Source: an uncultured Brachyspira sp. (GTDB lineage Bacteria; Spirochaetota; JAAYUW01). Taken from it: 64,000 nucleotides of DNA. Made by a program: the position numbers and the translations under genes. Of the stretch, positions 40,768-49,666 are shown one piece after another (positions within the stretch are counted from its first letter, which is position 1; the number at the start of each line of letters is the position of its first letter). Under the pieces are notes generated by a model that made no database searches, was not told where the DNA came from, and saw only the letters and a list, made by a program, of their open reading frames with translations. The stretch lies in the NCBI GenBank assembly GCA_964454835.1, contig CAYVTU010000001.1, positions 22,020 through 86,019 of the forward strand, in the 5' to 3' direction.

Positions 40768-41925
40768 ATGGAAACAATATTAATTAGATATGGTGAGATT
40801 GCTTTAAAAAAGGGAAATAGAAAAAGATTTGAAAGACAACTTCTCGATAATATAAGAGCTAAAATAGAGGAAGGAATTTTAAGATATCAACAAGGAAGAA
40901 TCTTTATAGATATCGAAAAATTTGATGAAGAAACAATTTTAAAACTATCTAAAATTCCCGGCATTACCTCTTTTTCACCTGTAATTAAGATAGAAAAAAA
41001 TTTTGATACCATAAAGAAAAAATGGTTTGAAATTATAAAAAATAATCCTGATCTTGAAAAATATCTTACTTTTAAAGTAGAAGTAAAAAGAGTTGATAAA
41101 AGTTTCCCAATTCATTCGGATGAAATGTCTAGGCTTTTAGCTGAAGAAATAATAGACAGATTTCCGCAATTCTCGACAAAAGTAAAACTAAAAAATCCAG
41201 AATTAACATTCTATGTTGAAATAAGAAATGATTACGCATATTTATTTTACCAAAAATACCCGGGGGTTGGTGGATTGCCTGTTGGTATTGCCGGGAAAAG
41301 TCTATCTTTGCTATCAGGAGGTATAGATTCTCCTGTTGCATCATACCTTGCTATGAAAAGAGGGATGAAGGTAGATTTTATTTATTTTCACGCACATCCT
41401 TTTACGGGAGAAGAATCGAAAGAAAAGGTTAAAACTCTTGTAAGAATTTTGACAGAATATGAAAGAAGAAGTAGACTTTATATAATCCCTTTTACAGATA
41501 TTCAGACTAAAATAAGGACATCTTCCAATATTTCTTTTATGACAATTTTGATGAGAAGAGCAATGATGATGATAGCTAGTAGAATTGGTACTTTTTATAA
41601 GTATGATAGCTTAATTACAGGCGAATCTCTTTCGCAGGTCGCTTCACAAACTATAAATTCATTGAAATGCACAGATGATGCCTCAAATCTTTTTGTTTTA
41701 AGACCAATAATAGGATTTGATAAAGAAGATACGATAAAAATTGCTCAAAAGATTGACACCTTTGAAACTTCAATATTACCATATGCCGATTGTTGCTCTC
41801 TTTTTACTCCATCAAATCCAGTGATTAATCCAAAACTTGAAGAGGTTAAAAAAGAGGAAGAAAAATGGTTTGACACTATTCTATTGCAAGAAGCAATAAA
41901 TAATATGGAAGTCATAAAATATTAA
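40768..41925 (+). CDS. thiI: tRNA 4-thiouridine(8) synthase
   Basis: LIRYGEIALK, THUMP domain, PP-loop SGGIDS, GESLSQVASQT and DCC; no rhodanese domain. Confidence 0.95.
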   Translation: METILIRYGEIALKKGNRKRFERQLLDNIRAKIEEGILRYQQGRIFIDIEKFDEETILKLSKIPGITSFSPVIKIEKNFDTIKKKWFEIIKNNPDLEKYLTFKVEVKRVDKSFPIHSDEMSRLLAEEIIDRFPQFSTKVKLKNPELTFYVEIRNDYAYLFYQKYPGVGGLPVGIAGKSLSLLSGGIDSPVASYLAMKRGMKVDFIYFHAHPFTGEESKEKVKTLVRILTEYERRSRLYIIPFTDIQTKIRTSSNISFMTILMRRAMMMIASRIGTFYKYDSLITGESLSQVASQTINSLKCTDDASNLFVLRPIIGFDKEDTIKIAQKIDTFETSILPYADCCSLFTPSNPVINPKLEEVKKEEEKWFDTILLQEAINNMEVIKY

Positions 41926-42000
41926 TTTTTATAGACAATGATAATTGTTGTAAAAATTGTTTTTGTAAAATAAGAAAATAGATATTTAAATTAAAAAATT

Positions 42001-43104
42001 TTGGAGATTAAAATGCCAGGAAGAGGTAAGATTCAAATATTTTCAGGAAGATCAGCTGAAGATTATTCATTGGAAGTTTTACATAACTTAAGAGAGCTTA
42101 ATGAATATACTTCAAAATTTGTAGATTTAAATGGTGAAAAAACAGTTAAGTGTTTTTCAGATGGTGAAATTGAAATAGAAATACTATCATCAGTAAGAAA
42201 AAAAGATATATATGTCATACAAAGAACTTCGAATAGAAATGTTAATAATCTTTCGACTCATGAAAATAAAATTGAACTTTATCATCTTGTTGATTCATTA
42301 AAAAGAAGTCATGCTGGAAGTATTACAGTCATAGAACCATTTATTTCCTGCTCTCGTTCTGATAGAGCATATGCCAGAAACTCATCGGGGCTTGCTATTC
42401 ACTTTAAAACTCTGGTTTCTATCGGAGCAAATCATATTATTACATATCAGCTTCACTCTGAAAAATCCAAGATGATGGTTGACCCTGTATTTGCATATAT
42501 AGATGATGTCCCATTATACCCTCAGATTCAAAAATATATTTTAAAGGAATTTGTTAAAACAAGAGAGTATTTACATAATGAGGTTCATAAGAATTGGGCA
42601 ATATGCTCAGTAGATGCAGGAGGAGAAAAAGTTGCAAGAGTTTTTGCAGATATTTTTGGCTGCCAGTTAATAATAGCGAATAAAAGAAGAAGTTATTCAA
42701 GAGTAAATACAATTGAGGGAGTGGCTCTATTAACCGATGAATCAATAGAAAACAAGACTATATGGGTTATAGATGATATGATTGATACAGGTGGTTCAAT
42801 TGTTGAACTTGTAAAAGCCTTAAAAGAACGAAAACCAAAGGAAATAAACATAGCAATAGCCCATCCAGTATTTTCTGGACCTGGTATATCCAGAATGATA
42901 GAACTATATGAATTAGGTTATATACAAACATTGCTGGTTTGTGATACAATCTGGATTTCTGATCAGATGAAAAATGAAATGCCTTTTATGAAAATAATTA
43001 CTACTGCACCTATTACAGCAGATATAATTTACAAAACAAATATAGGGGAAAGTCTATCTGTATATTTTGATGCAGTAAATCCTTATCATGTACTTCCTTA
43101 TTAA
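42001..43104 (+). CDS. prs: Ribose-phosphate pyrophosphokinase (divergent)
   Basis: FSDGE, SRSDR, LHS, SVDAGG, KRR and DDMIDTGGSI; the true start may be ATG 42013. Confidence 0.9.
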   Translation: MEIKMPGRGKIQIFSGRSAEDYSLEVLHNLRELNEYTSKFVDLNGEKTVKCFSDGEIEIEILSSVRKKDIYVIQRTSNRNVNNLSTHENKIELYHLVDSLKRSHAGSITVIEPFISCSRSDRAYARNSSGLAIHFKTLVSIGANHIITYQLHSEKSKMMVDPVFAYIDDVPLYPQIQKYILKEFVKTREYLHNEVHKNWAICSVDAGGEKVARVFADIFGCQLIIANKRRSYSRVNTIEGVALLTDESIENKTIWVIDDMIDTGGSIVELVKALKERKPKEINIAIAHPVFSGPGISRMIELYELGYIQTLLVCDTIWISDQMKNEMPFMKIITTAPITADIIYKTNIGESLSVYFDAVNPYHVLPY

Positions 43105-43132
43105 TTAAGTTTTAATTTTTTCAATTTTATTT

Positions 43133-44068
43133 ATGAATAAACAAAAAAAACGAAATAAGACAATTACCTTAAATACCTCTGAAAAATTAAATCTAGAAAA
43201 AAAATTAATTAGATTAGATAAAAAAGTCAGTGATTGCGAAATAATAGATAAAATAATTAATCAAAATATTTTCGAAATTTTAAATTTTTTACCCGACAAT
43301 TTTGTCGACCTTTTGTTCGTCGATCCTCCTTATAACCTTAATAAAAACTTTAATTCACTTAAATTTGAAAAGATGGAAGAAAAAAATTATTATAATTGGA
43401 TTGATAGTTGGCTTGGTAAGATTATCAAAGTGTTAAAACCAACATCATCTATATATATCTGTTCAGAATGGCAAACTTCTCCAATCTTATATGATGTGTT
43501 AAAAAAATATTTTATAGTAAGAAATAGAATAACTTTTGAAAGAGAGAAAGGAAGAGGAGCAAGAACCAACTGGAAAAATAACTGCGAAGATATTTATTTT
43601 TGTACTGTGTCGAATAAATATACATTTAATATTGATAAGGTAAAAATAAAAAGAAAGGTTATTGCCCCATATAAACAAGATGGTAAGCCAAAGGATTGGT
43701 TTTCAGAAAATAATGAAAAATTTCGTTTAACTTATCCATCAAATATATGGACAGACATTACTATTCCATTTTGGTCTATGAAAGAAAACACACCGCATCC
43801 CACTCAAAAGCCAGAAAAGCTCTTAGCAAGAATAATTTTAGCAAGTTCAAATGTTGGAGATATCGTCTTTGATCCTTTTGTTGGAAGCGGGACTACTGCT
43901 GTTGTTGCTAAAAAATTAAATAGAAAATTTGTAGCAGTAGATATTGAAAAAGATTATTGCCTCTATGCACTAAAAAGGCTAGAATCAGCAGAAATTGACA
44001 GGAGAATTCAGGGTTATGAAGAAGGTGTTTTCTATGAAAGAAATAGTCATAAAACTGTTCAAAAATAA
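43133..44068 (+). CDS. Orphan N4-cytosine/N6-adenine DNA methyltransferase (beta class)
   Basis: DPPYN (motif IV) precedes HPTQKPEKL and DPFVGSGTT (motif I). Confidence 0.92.
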   Translation: MNKQKKRNKTITLNTSEKLNLEKKLIRLDKKVSDCEIIDKIINQNIFEILNFLPDNFVDLLFVDPPYNLNKNFNSLKFEKMEEKNYYNWIDSWLGKIIKVLKPTSSIYICSEWQTSPILYDVLKKYFIVRNRITFEREKGRGARTNWKNNCEDIYFCTVSNKYTFNIDKVKIKRKVIAPYKQDGKPKDWFSENNEKFRLTYPSNIWTDITIPFWSMKENTPHPTQKPEKLLARIILASSNVGDIVFDPFVGSGTTAVVAKKLNRKFVAVDIEKDYCLYALKRLESAEIDRRIQGYEEGVFYERNSHKTVQK

Positions 44069-44165
44069 AAATAAAGATATATTATTTCTTGTATAATATT
44101 TAGATTCAATTAAAATATTAGTGTCTAAGATATTCAAATAGTTATAAAATAATAAAGGATATTAT

Positions 44166-45500
44166 ATGATTGCTATACAGGATTCGACCATATTGTCTTT
44201 TGATCCTTTTTGCATAGAAAATAATATAGATATAATTATAGATAAAAATATAATCCTGGATAAAGGGAAAAATATAATTAAAAATTATCCCAATTGTAAA
44301 ATCATAGAAAAAAACAAAATAGTTACCACTGGAATAGTTTGCTCACATACTCATATATATTCGGCTTTAGCGAGAGGATTAAATGTAAAGATAAAAGAAT
44401 CAAAGGATTTTGTTCAGATCTTGCAAAATCTCTGGTGGGTTTTAGATAGGGCATTAGATAAAGAGATGGTCCAAGCTAGTGCAGATGTCTGCGCAATAGA
44501 GGCTATACTTTGTGGAGTTACTACCTTAATTGACCATCATTCAAGCCCTAACTTTATCGAAGGTAGTTTGAAAACAATAAAGGAAAGATTTGAAAAAATA
44601 GGGATTCGAAGCATATTATGTTATGAGACAACAGATAGAAATGGCATGGATAAGTCTGAATTAGCATTATCTGAAAATGAAAACTTTGCCAAACTAATAG
44701 ATGATGAAAAAAATATTGGAAATAAAATCAAAAATAGTAGATTGACAGAAGCTGCTATCGGGGCTCATGCTCCTTTTACACTTTCAGATAAAACATTAAA
44801 AAGACTTTCAGATATAAGTAAAAAGACAAATAGAGGTTTACATATTCATGTTTCAGAAGATAGGTTTGAACCATCATTTAGTAGATTCACTTATGGAAAA
44901 GATCCAGTAAAAAGACTCGATGATTTTTCTTTGATTTCAGATAAATCAATAATTGCCCATGGGACTTATATTACGGAAGATGAGATTAATTTAATTAATA
45001 AAAAAGATGCATTTTTGATACATAATTCAAGATCAAATATGAACAATTATGTTGGATATAACTATTTATTAAAGCAGTACAAAAATGTAGCCATTGGAAC
45101 AGATGGTATAAATCATGATTTAATTTCAGAATTGCAAACCTCTTATTTTAAACATAAAGATAGTGGTGGACAAATCCCAATATCTCAATTTTTAAAGATG
45201 TTAAGTAATGGCAATGAAATATTGAATAGATATTTTACTGATTTCAAATTTGGGCAAATTGAAAAAGGATATATCGCAGATATTGTAATATGGGACTATA
45301 ATCCTACTACTCCAATAATTTCTGAAAATATTTCCTCACATATTATTTTTGGCTTTAATTCTGGTTTTGTAAATACAGTTATAATAAATGGTATTGTTGT
45401 CTTAAAAGATAGAAAATTTGATTTTGATACAAAAGATATTTTTGAAAATTCACAAAATCAAGCAGTTCGCATTACTAGAAATATGGAAAAATTAATATAA
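44166..45500 (+). CDS. ssnA: SsnA-type aminohydrolase
   Basis: CSHTHIYSALARG, LWWVLDRALD, DHHSSP, GAHAPFT, HIHVSE, HNSRSNMNN and GTDG. Confidence 0.9.
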   Translation: MIAIQDSTILSFDPFCIENNIDIIIDKNIILDKGKNIIKNYPNCKIIEKNKIVTTGIVCSHTHIYSALARGLNVKIKESKDFVQILQNLWWVLDRALDKEMVQASADVCAIEAILCGVTTLIDHHSSPNFIEGSLKTIKERFEKIGIRSILCYETTDRNGMDKSELALSENENFAKLIDDEKNIGNKIKNSRLTEAAIGAHAPFTLSDKTLKRLSDISKKTNRGLHIHVSEDRFEPSFSRFTYGKDPVKRLDDFSLISDKSIIAHGTYITEDEINLINKKDAFLIHNSRSNMNNYVGYNYLLKQYKNVAIGTDGINHDLISELQTSYFKHKDSGGQIPISQFLKMLSNGNEILNRYFTDFKFGQIEKGYIADIVIWDYNPTTPIISENISSHIIFGFNSGFVNTVIINGIVVLKDRKFDFDTKDIFENSQNQAVRITRNMEKLI

Positions 45501-45538
45501 TTAAGTTTAAAAAATAGAATTAAAAAAGGAGTATAATT

Positions 45539-46777
45539 ATGGATAAAAATTCAATCGCCAAAGATCTATTTGAAAAAATCAACAATAAATCCAGTGAATT
45601 GAAAGATTATACCTCAAAAAATCTTTCAAAGATAATTCAAACAAAAGCCTTGAGTAATGATGAAAAAAATAGAATTATATTATTAAAAAATCTATGTAAA
45701 AAAGCCCAAGCCGATGAAGTAAGAATTGATGGGCTTGGAAATTGCCTTGCAAGAGTTGGCAGTGGAAGCAAAAAGATTGTGATAGATGCCCATATAGATA
45801 CTGTTGATGTTGGAGATGTTAATTCCTGGGAGAAAAATCCTTTTTCAGGTGATATTGATGATAAATATGTTTATGGAAGAGGCGCATCAGACCAACTTGC
45901 AGGTGCTGCTTCTATGATTACAGCTATTAAAATATTGAAAGATCTGGGATATAAGGGATTAAATGATTATTGTGTCTGGTTTAGCTTTACAATCATTGAA
46001 GAAGACTGCGATGGTCTTTGCTGGAAATATTTAATAGAAGAGGAAAAATTTAAACCCGATTTTTTTATATCAACAGAACCAACAAGTTTGAATATTTATA
46101 GAGGTCATCGTGGCAGGATGGAGATGGAAGTCAGATTAAGAGGTGTTTCCTGTCATGGTTCGGCACCTGAAAGGGGAATTTCAGCAGCTTATCTTGCATC
46201 AAAGGCTGCACTTGCCATAGAAAAACTGAATTCTGAACTTAAGCCTGATAAAGATAATTTTTTAGGTAAAGGCACAATTACAGTTTCAATAATGGATGTA
46301 AAAGGTCCTTCTCAATGTGCTGTGCCTGATATGGCAAAGCTATACATAGATAGAAGGCTAACAGAAGGCGAAACAAAAGAATTAGCAATCGAGCAGGTAA
46401 AAAAATATATATCAGTGGCAACAGGTTTAGAAGAAGATAAGATAGAAGTAAATGTTCCAAAATACTCGAAAGCAAGCTGGAAGAAAAAACTCTTTGTTCA
46501 AGATTTATATTTCCCAACATGGGTTTTTCCAGAAAATCATCCACTTATTCAAGCAGGAAAACAGACTTATATAAATCTTTTTAATAAAGAACCAAAAATT
46601 GATAAATGGACATTTTCTACAAATGGAGTTGCCGTTGCTGGGCTTCATAAGGTACCATCTATGGGTTTCGGACCTGGTGATGAAAAAGAAGCACATGCTC
46701 CAAATGAAAAGGTCAGAATTGATGATTTAGTCAAAGCTGCAAGTTTTTACGCAGCTTTCCCATATATAATTAAATAA
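45539..46777 (+). CDS. ygeY: YgeY-family M20 hydrolase
   Basis: DAHIDTV, GRGASDQ, EEDCDGLCW, HGSAPERG and WTFSTNGV. Confidence 0.93.
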   Translation: MDKNSIAKDLFEKINNKSSELKDYTSKNLSKIIQTKALSNDEKNRIILLKNLCKKAQADEVRIDGLGNCLARVGSGSKKIVIDAHIDTVDVGDVNSWEKNPFSGDIDDKYVYGRGASDQLAGAASMITAIKILKDLGYKGLNDYCVWFSFTIIEEDCDGLCWKYLIEEEKFKPDFFISTEPTSLNIYRGHRGRMEMEVRLRGVSCHGSAPERGISAAYLASKAALAIEKLNSELKPDKDNFLGKGTITVSIMDVKGPSQCAVPDMAKLYIDRRLTEGETKELAIEQVKKYISVATGLEEDKIEVNVPKYSKASWKKKLFVQDLYFPTWVFPENHPLIQAGKQTYINLFNKEPKIDKWTFSTNGVAVAGLHKVPSMGFGPGDEKEAHAPNEKVRIDDLVKAASFYAAFPYIIK

Positions 46778-46889
46778 ATTGATTAAATAAAATAAGAAAT
46801 AGGATAACTAAAAAAATATTTTGTTTTAAAATCTATTTTAGTTAGAAGTTCGGTATAAATATTAGGTAAAGTTATTTAAAGGGGGTTAT

Positions 46890-48101
46890 ATGCCTTACAA
46901 ACTAATAGAAAAAAAGGAATTAACAGAAAAACTCGATATTCTTTCAAACTTAAAAATTGATATGTATCAAAAAGATTTTCTTTTAACCTGGGAAAAAAGC
47001 TATGATGAAATTCTTGCGACATTTTTAGTTGCGGAGATTTTACGATCTCTTCGATATAGTTCATCTGGAACAAGACTTTGGGATTCTGGCTTAGCAGTTT
47101 CTATTTTTAAAGACAACTCTACAAGAACTCGTTTTTCTTTTGCTAGTGCCTGTGATTTACTCGGACTTTATGTACAGGATCTTGATGAAGGCAAAAGTCA
47201 GATTGCACATGGAGAGACAGTTAGAGAAACAGCAGTTATGGTTAGTTTTTTAAGTGAAGTAATAGGTATAAGGCATGATATGTTTATTGGCGAAGGTGAT
47301 AGTTATATGCGTGAGTTTGGTATAGCATTGGATGATGCTTTTAAGAATCAAGTTATACCGGATAGACCAACTATTGTTAACCTTCAAAGTGATATAGATC
47401 ATCCAACTCAATCAATGGCTGATTTTTTGCATTTAATGAATTACTTTGGTAATATACAAAACTTAAAAGGCAAAAAAGTTGCTATGAGTTGGGCTTATTC
47501 CCCTTCTTATGGTAAACCTTTGTCTGTTCCTCAGGGAGTTGTTGGCCTTTTTACCAGGTTTGGAATGGATGTCACCCTTGCTTATCCAGAAGGGTATGAT
47601 TTATTGCCTGAGATCTATGATATCGCGAAAAAAAATGCAAATCAAAGTGGAGGAAGTTTTAAAGTTGTTTCTTCTATGGAAGAAGCCTTTAGAGATGCTG
47701 ATATCGTATATCCAAAAAGCTGGGCTCCTTTTAATGTTATGGAAAAAAGAGTAGAACTTTTAAAAGCAAATGATTCAAATGGTTTGAAGGAACTTGAAAA
47801 ACAGTGTCTTGAAAATAATAAAAAATATATTGATTGGGAATGCAACGAAAAATTGATGAAATTAACTAAAAAAGCAAATGCTCTTTATATGCATTGCTTA
47901 CCAGCAGATATAACAGATGTTTCTTGTAAGTCAGGTGAAGTTTCCAAAGTTGTTTTTGAAAAATATAGAAAAGATACATATGATGAAGCAAGTTATAAAC
48001 CATATATAATTGCTGCAATGATTCTTCTTGCAAAGAGAAAGGATGCCGCTGGTACATTAAAAAAATTATATGAGATGGGGCAGAAAAGGATTTTGGCTTG
48101 A
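46890..48101 (+). CDS. ygeW: Knotted carbamoyltransferase YgeW
   Basis: DNSTRTRFSF, HGETVRETA, DHPTQ, WAYSPSYGKPLSVPQG and HCLPAD. Confidence 0.95.
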   Translation: MPYKLIEKKELTEKLDILSNLKIDMYQKDFLLTWEKSYDEILATFLVAEILRSLRYSSSGTRLWDSGLAVSIFKDNSTRTRFSFASACDLLGLYVQDLDEGKSQIAHGETVRETAVMVSFLSEVIGIRHDMFIGEGDSYMREFGIALDDAFKNQVIPDRPTIVNLQSDIDHPTQSMADFLHLMNYFGNIQNLKGKKVAMSWAYSPSYGKPLSVPQGVVGLFTRFGMDVTLAYPEGYDLLPEIYDIAKKNANQSGGSFKVVSSMEEAFRDADIVYPKSWAPFNVMEKRVELLKANDSNGLKELEKQCLENNKKYIDWECNEKLMKLTKKANALYMHCLPADITDVSCKSGEVSKVVFEKYRKDTYDEASYKPYIIAAMILLAKRKDAAGTLKKLYEMGQKRILA

Positions 48102-48229
48102 TTTTGAATCAACAATTATAAATAATTATGACAAAATATAGATAAAAACTGAAGATAATATTAATAGAATAGGTTATAGAGACTAATAAAGTTGCTTACC
48201 TTTTTTTAATCTTAAATTAGCGCATTGAT

Positions 48230-48688
48230 ATGAGTGATAAAATAATAAAAATTTTAAAACAATTAGATATTAACACTGAAATTATTACATTTTCTCAATC
48301 AACAAAAACTGCAAAAGATGCAGCAAACGCACTAAATTGTGAGATAGCTCAAATAGTCAAATCTCTTATCTTTGTTGGGAAAAACTCAAAAAAGCCCATA
48401 TTGATTTTAGCCAGTGGTATAAATAGAGTAGATGAAGAAAAAGTTTCTAAAATAATTGGTGAATTTATTGAAAAAGCAGATGCAGATTTTGTTCGAGAAA
48501 AAACTGGTTTTTCAATTGGAGGTGTCTCGCCTATTGGCCATAAAAACGAAATAGATATTTACATAGATAAGGATTTATTGAATTTTGAATTTGTTTGGGC
48601 AGCAGCTGGCACACCAAATAGTGTTTTTAAAATTAGTTCAAAAACTCTTATTCAGATTACAAATGCAAAAATTATTGAAATAAAATAG
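48230..48688 (+). CDS. YbaK/EbsC family aminoacyl-tRNA deacylase
   Basis: QIVKSLIF, TGFSIGGVSPIGH and WAAAGT. Confidence 0.92.
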   Translation: MSDKIIKILKQLDINTEIITFSQSTKTAKDAANALNCEIAQIVKSLIFVGKNSKKPILILASGINRVDEEKVSKIIGEFIEKADADFVREKTGFSIGGVSPIGHKNEIDIYIDKDLLNFEFVWAAAGTPNSVFKISSKTLIQITNAKIIEIK

Positions 48689-48776
48689 AAAAGATAAAAT
48701 TATTGAACTAGATTTTAAAACAATAAAATTGATATATATAAAGCAAATTTAGAAATTATGTAGATAATAAAAAAAA

Positions 48777-48865
48777 CGGAGAGGGGGGGATTCGAACCCC
48801 CGATACCCTTTTGGGGTATAACTCCTTAGCAGGGAGCCCGATTCGACCGACTCTCGCACCTCTCC
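48777..48865 (-). tRNA. tRNA-Ser(GCT)
   Basis: Reverse complement gives ggagagg...gctcc-ct GCT aa-ggagt, long variable arm, ggggg-ttcgaat-ccccc. Confidence 0.95.
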
Positions 48866-48903
48866 ATTTAAATAGTAAAAAATAACAAAATTATTACAAA
48901 AAA

Positions 48904-48938
48904 ATGATATTTATTTTTCTTAAATATATAAATATCAT
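48904..48938 (-). terminator. 10-bp AT-rich inverted repeat between the two tRNA-Ser genes, with a T-run on the minus strand
   Basis: atgatattta-N15-taaatatcat; weak stem. Confidence 0.3.
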
Positions 48939-48976
48939 AAAATATGGGATTCATCAAATGATTATAAAAAAGAAAA

Positions 48977-49063
48977 CGGAGAGAGAGGGATTTGAACCCC
49001 CGGTACCCTTACGAGTACAGTAGTTTTCAAGACTACCGCCTTCAACCACTCGGCCATCTCTCC
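48977..49063 (-). tRNA. tRNA-Ser(TGA)
   Basis: Reverse complement anticodon arm gtagt-ct TGA aa-actac; long variable arm. Confidence 0.95.
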
Positions 49064-49071
49064 GTACTATT

Positions 49072-49099
49072 TAAATACCTTATTTTTCCTTATTGTCAA
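49072..49099 (-). promoter_or_regulatory. Probable sigma70 promoter for tRNA-Ser
   Basis: Minus strand TTGACA-N16-TATTTA, ending 8 nt before the tRNA. Confidence 0.6.
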
Positions 49100-49279
49100 T
49101 ATGTTTTTAGAATTTGAGTATTTTACATTTTTATTAAATTTCAGATTGATTGAATAATAATCGAAAAATATTTATTATAAATCTATGAAGAAAAATTTTT
49201 ATAAAAAATAGATAGAGAATTTTTCTTTATCTTGAAATTTGAAAAATTAGAGATAATGTAAAAAAAACAAAGGATTCTT

Positions 49280-49612
49280 ATGAAGCTATCTGAAATTGTT
49301 GAACCTTTAAAACTTCAAAAACATACAAAGTTTGGGGGAGAAGACTTCGATATAAGTCTTGGTTATGCATCAGATTTACTTTCAGATGTTATGGGTAGAG
49401 CAGATGCAGGTTCTGTCTGGTTTACTATTCAAAAGCATCCAAATATTGTCGCAGTTGCAACATTAAAAGATCTTTCAGCTATTATTCTGACTTGTGATTC
49501 AAAACCAGATGACGAAACGATAAGCAAAGCTGATGAAAATGGAATCCCTGTTTATTCAACTTCTTATTCAACTTTTGAGGCATGTGGGATCCTTTATAAC
49601 TTACTTAAATGA
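49280..49612 (+). CDS. Stand-alone DRTGG-domain protein
   Basis: YASDLLSDVMG, WFTIQKHPNIVAVA and STFEACG. Confidence 0.85.
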   Translation: MKLSEIVEPLKLQKHTKFGGEDFDISLGYASDLLSDVMGRADAGSVWFTIQKHPNIVAVATLKDLSAIILTCDSKPDDETISKADENGIPVYSTSYSTFEACGILYNLLK

Positions 49613-49666
49613 TTTTTCAGCAATTTTAATTCAGTCGATAATATTAAAATAAAAAAATAGGCATAA

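Noticed and set aside
48977-49063. Possible tRNA-Sec, given the 'selenium-linked' label of YgeY
   Set aside because: The anticodon is UGA (Ser), not UCA. I noticed no in-frame TGA selenoprotein candidate and no sel genes.
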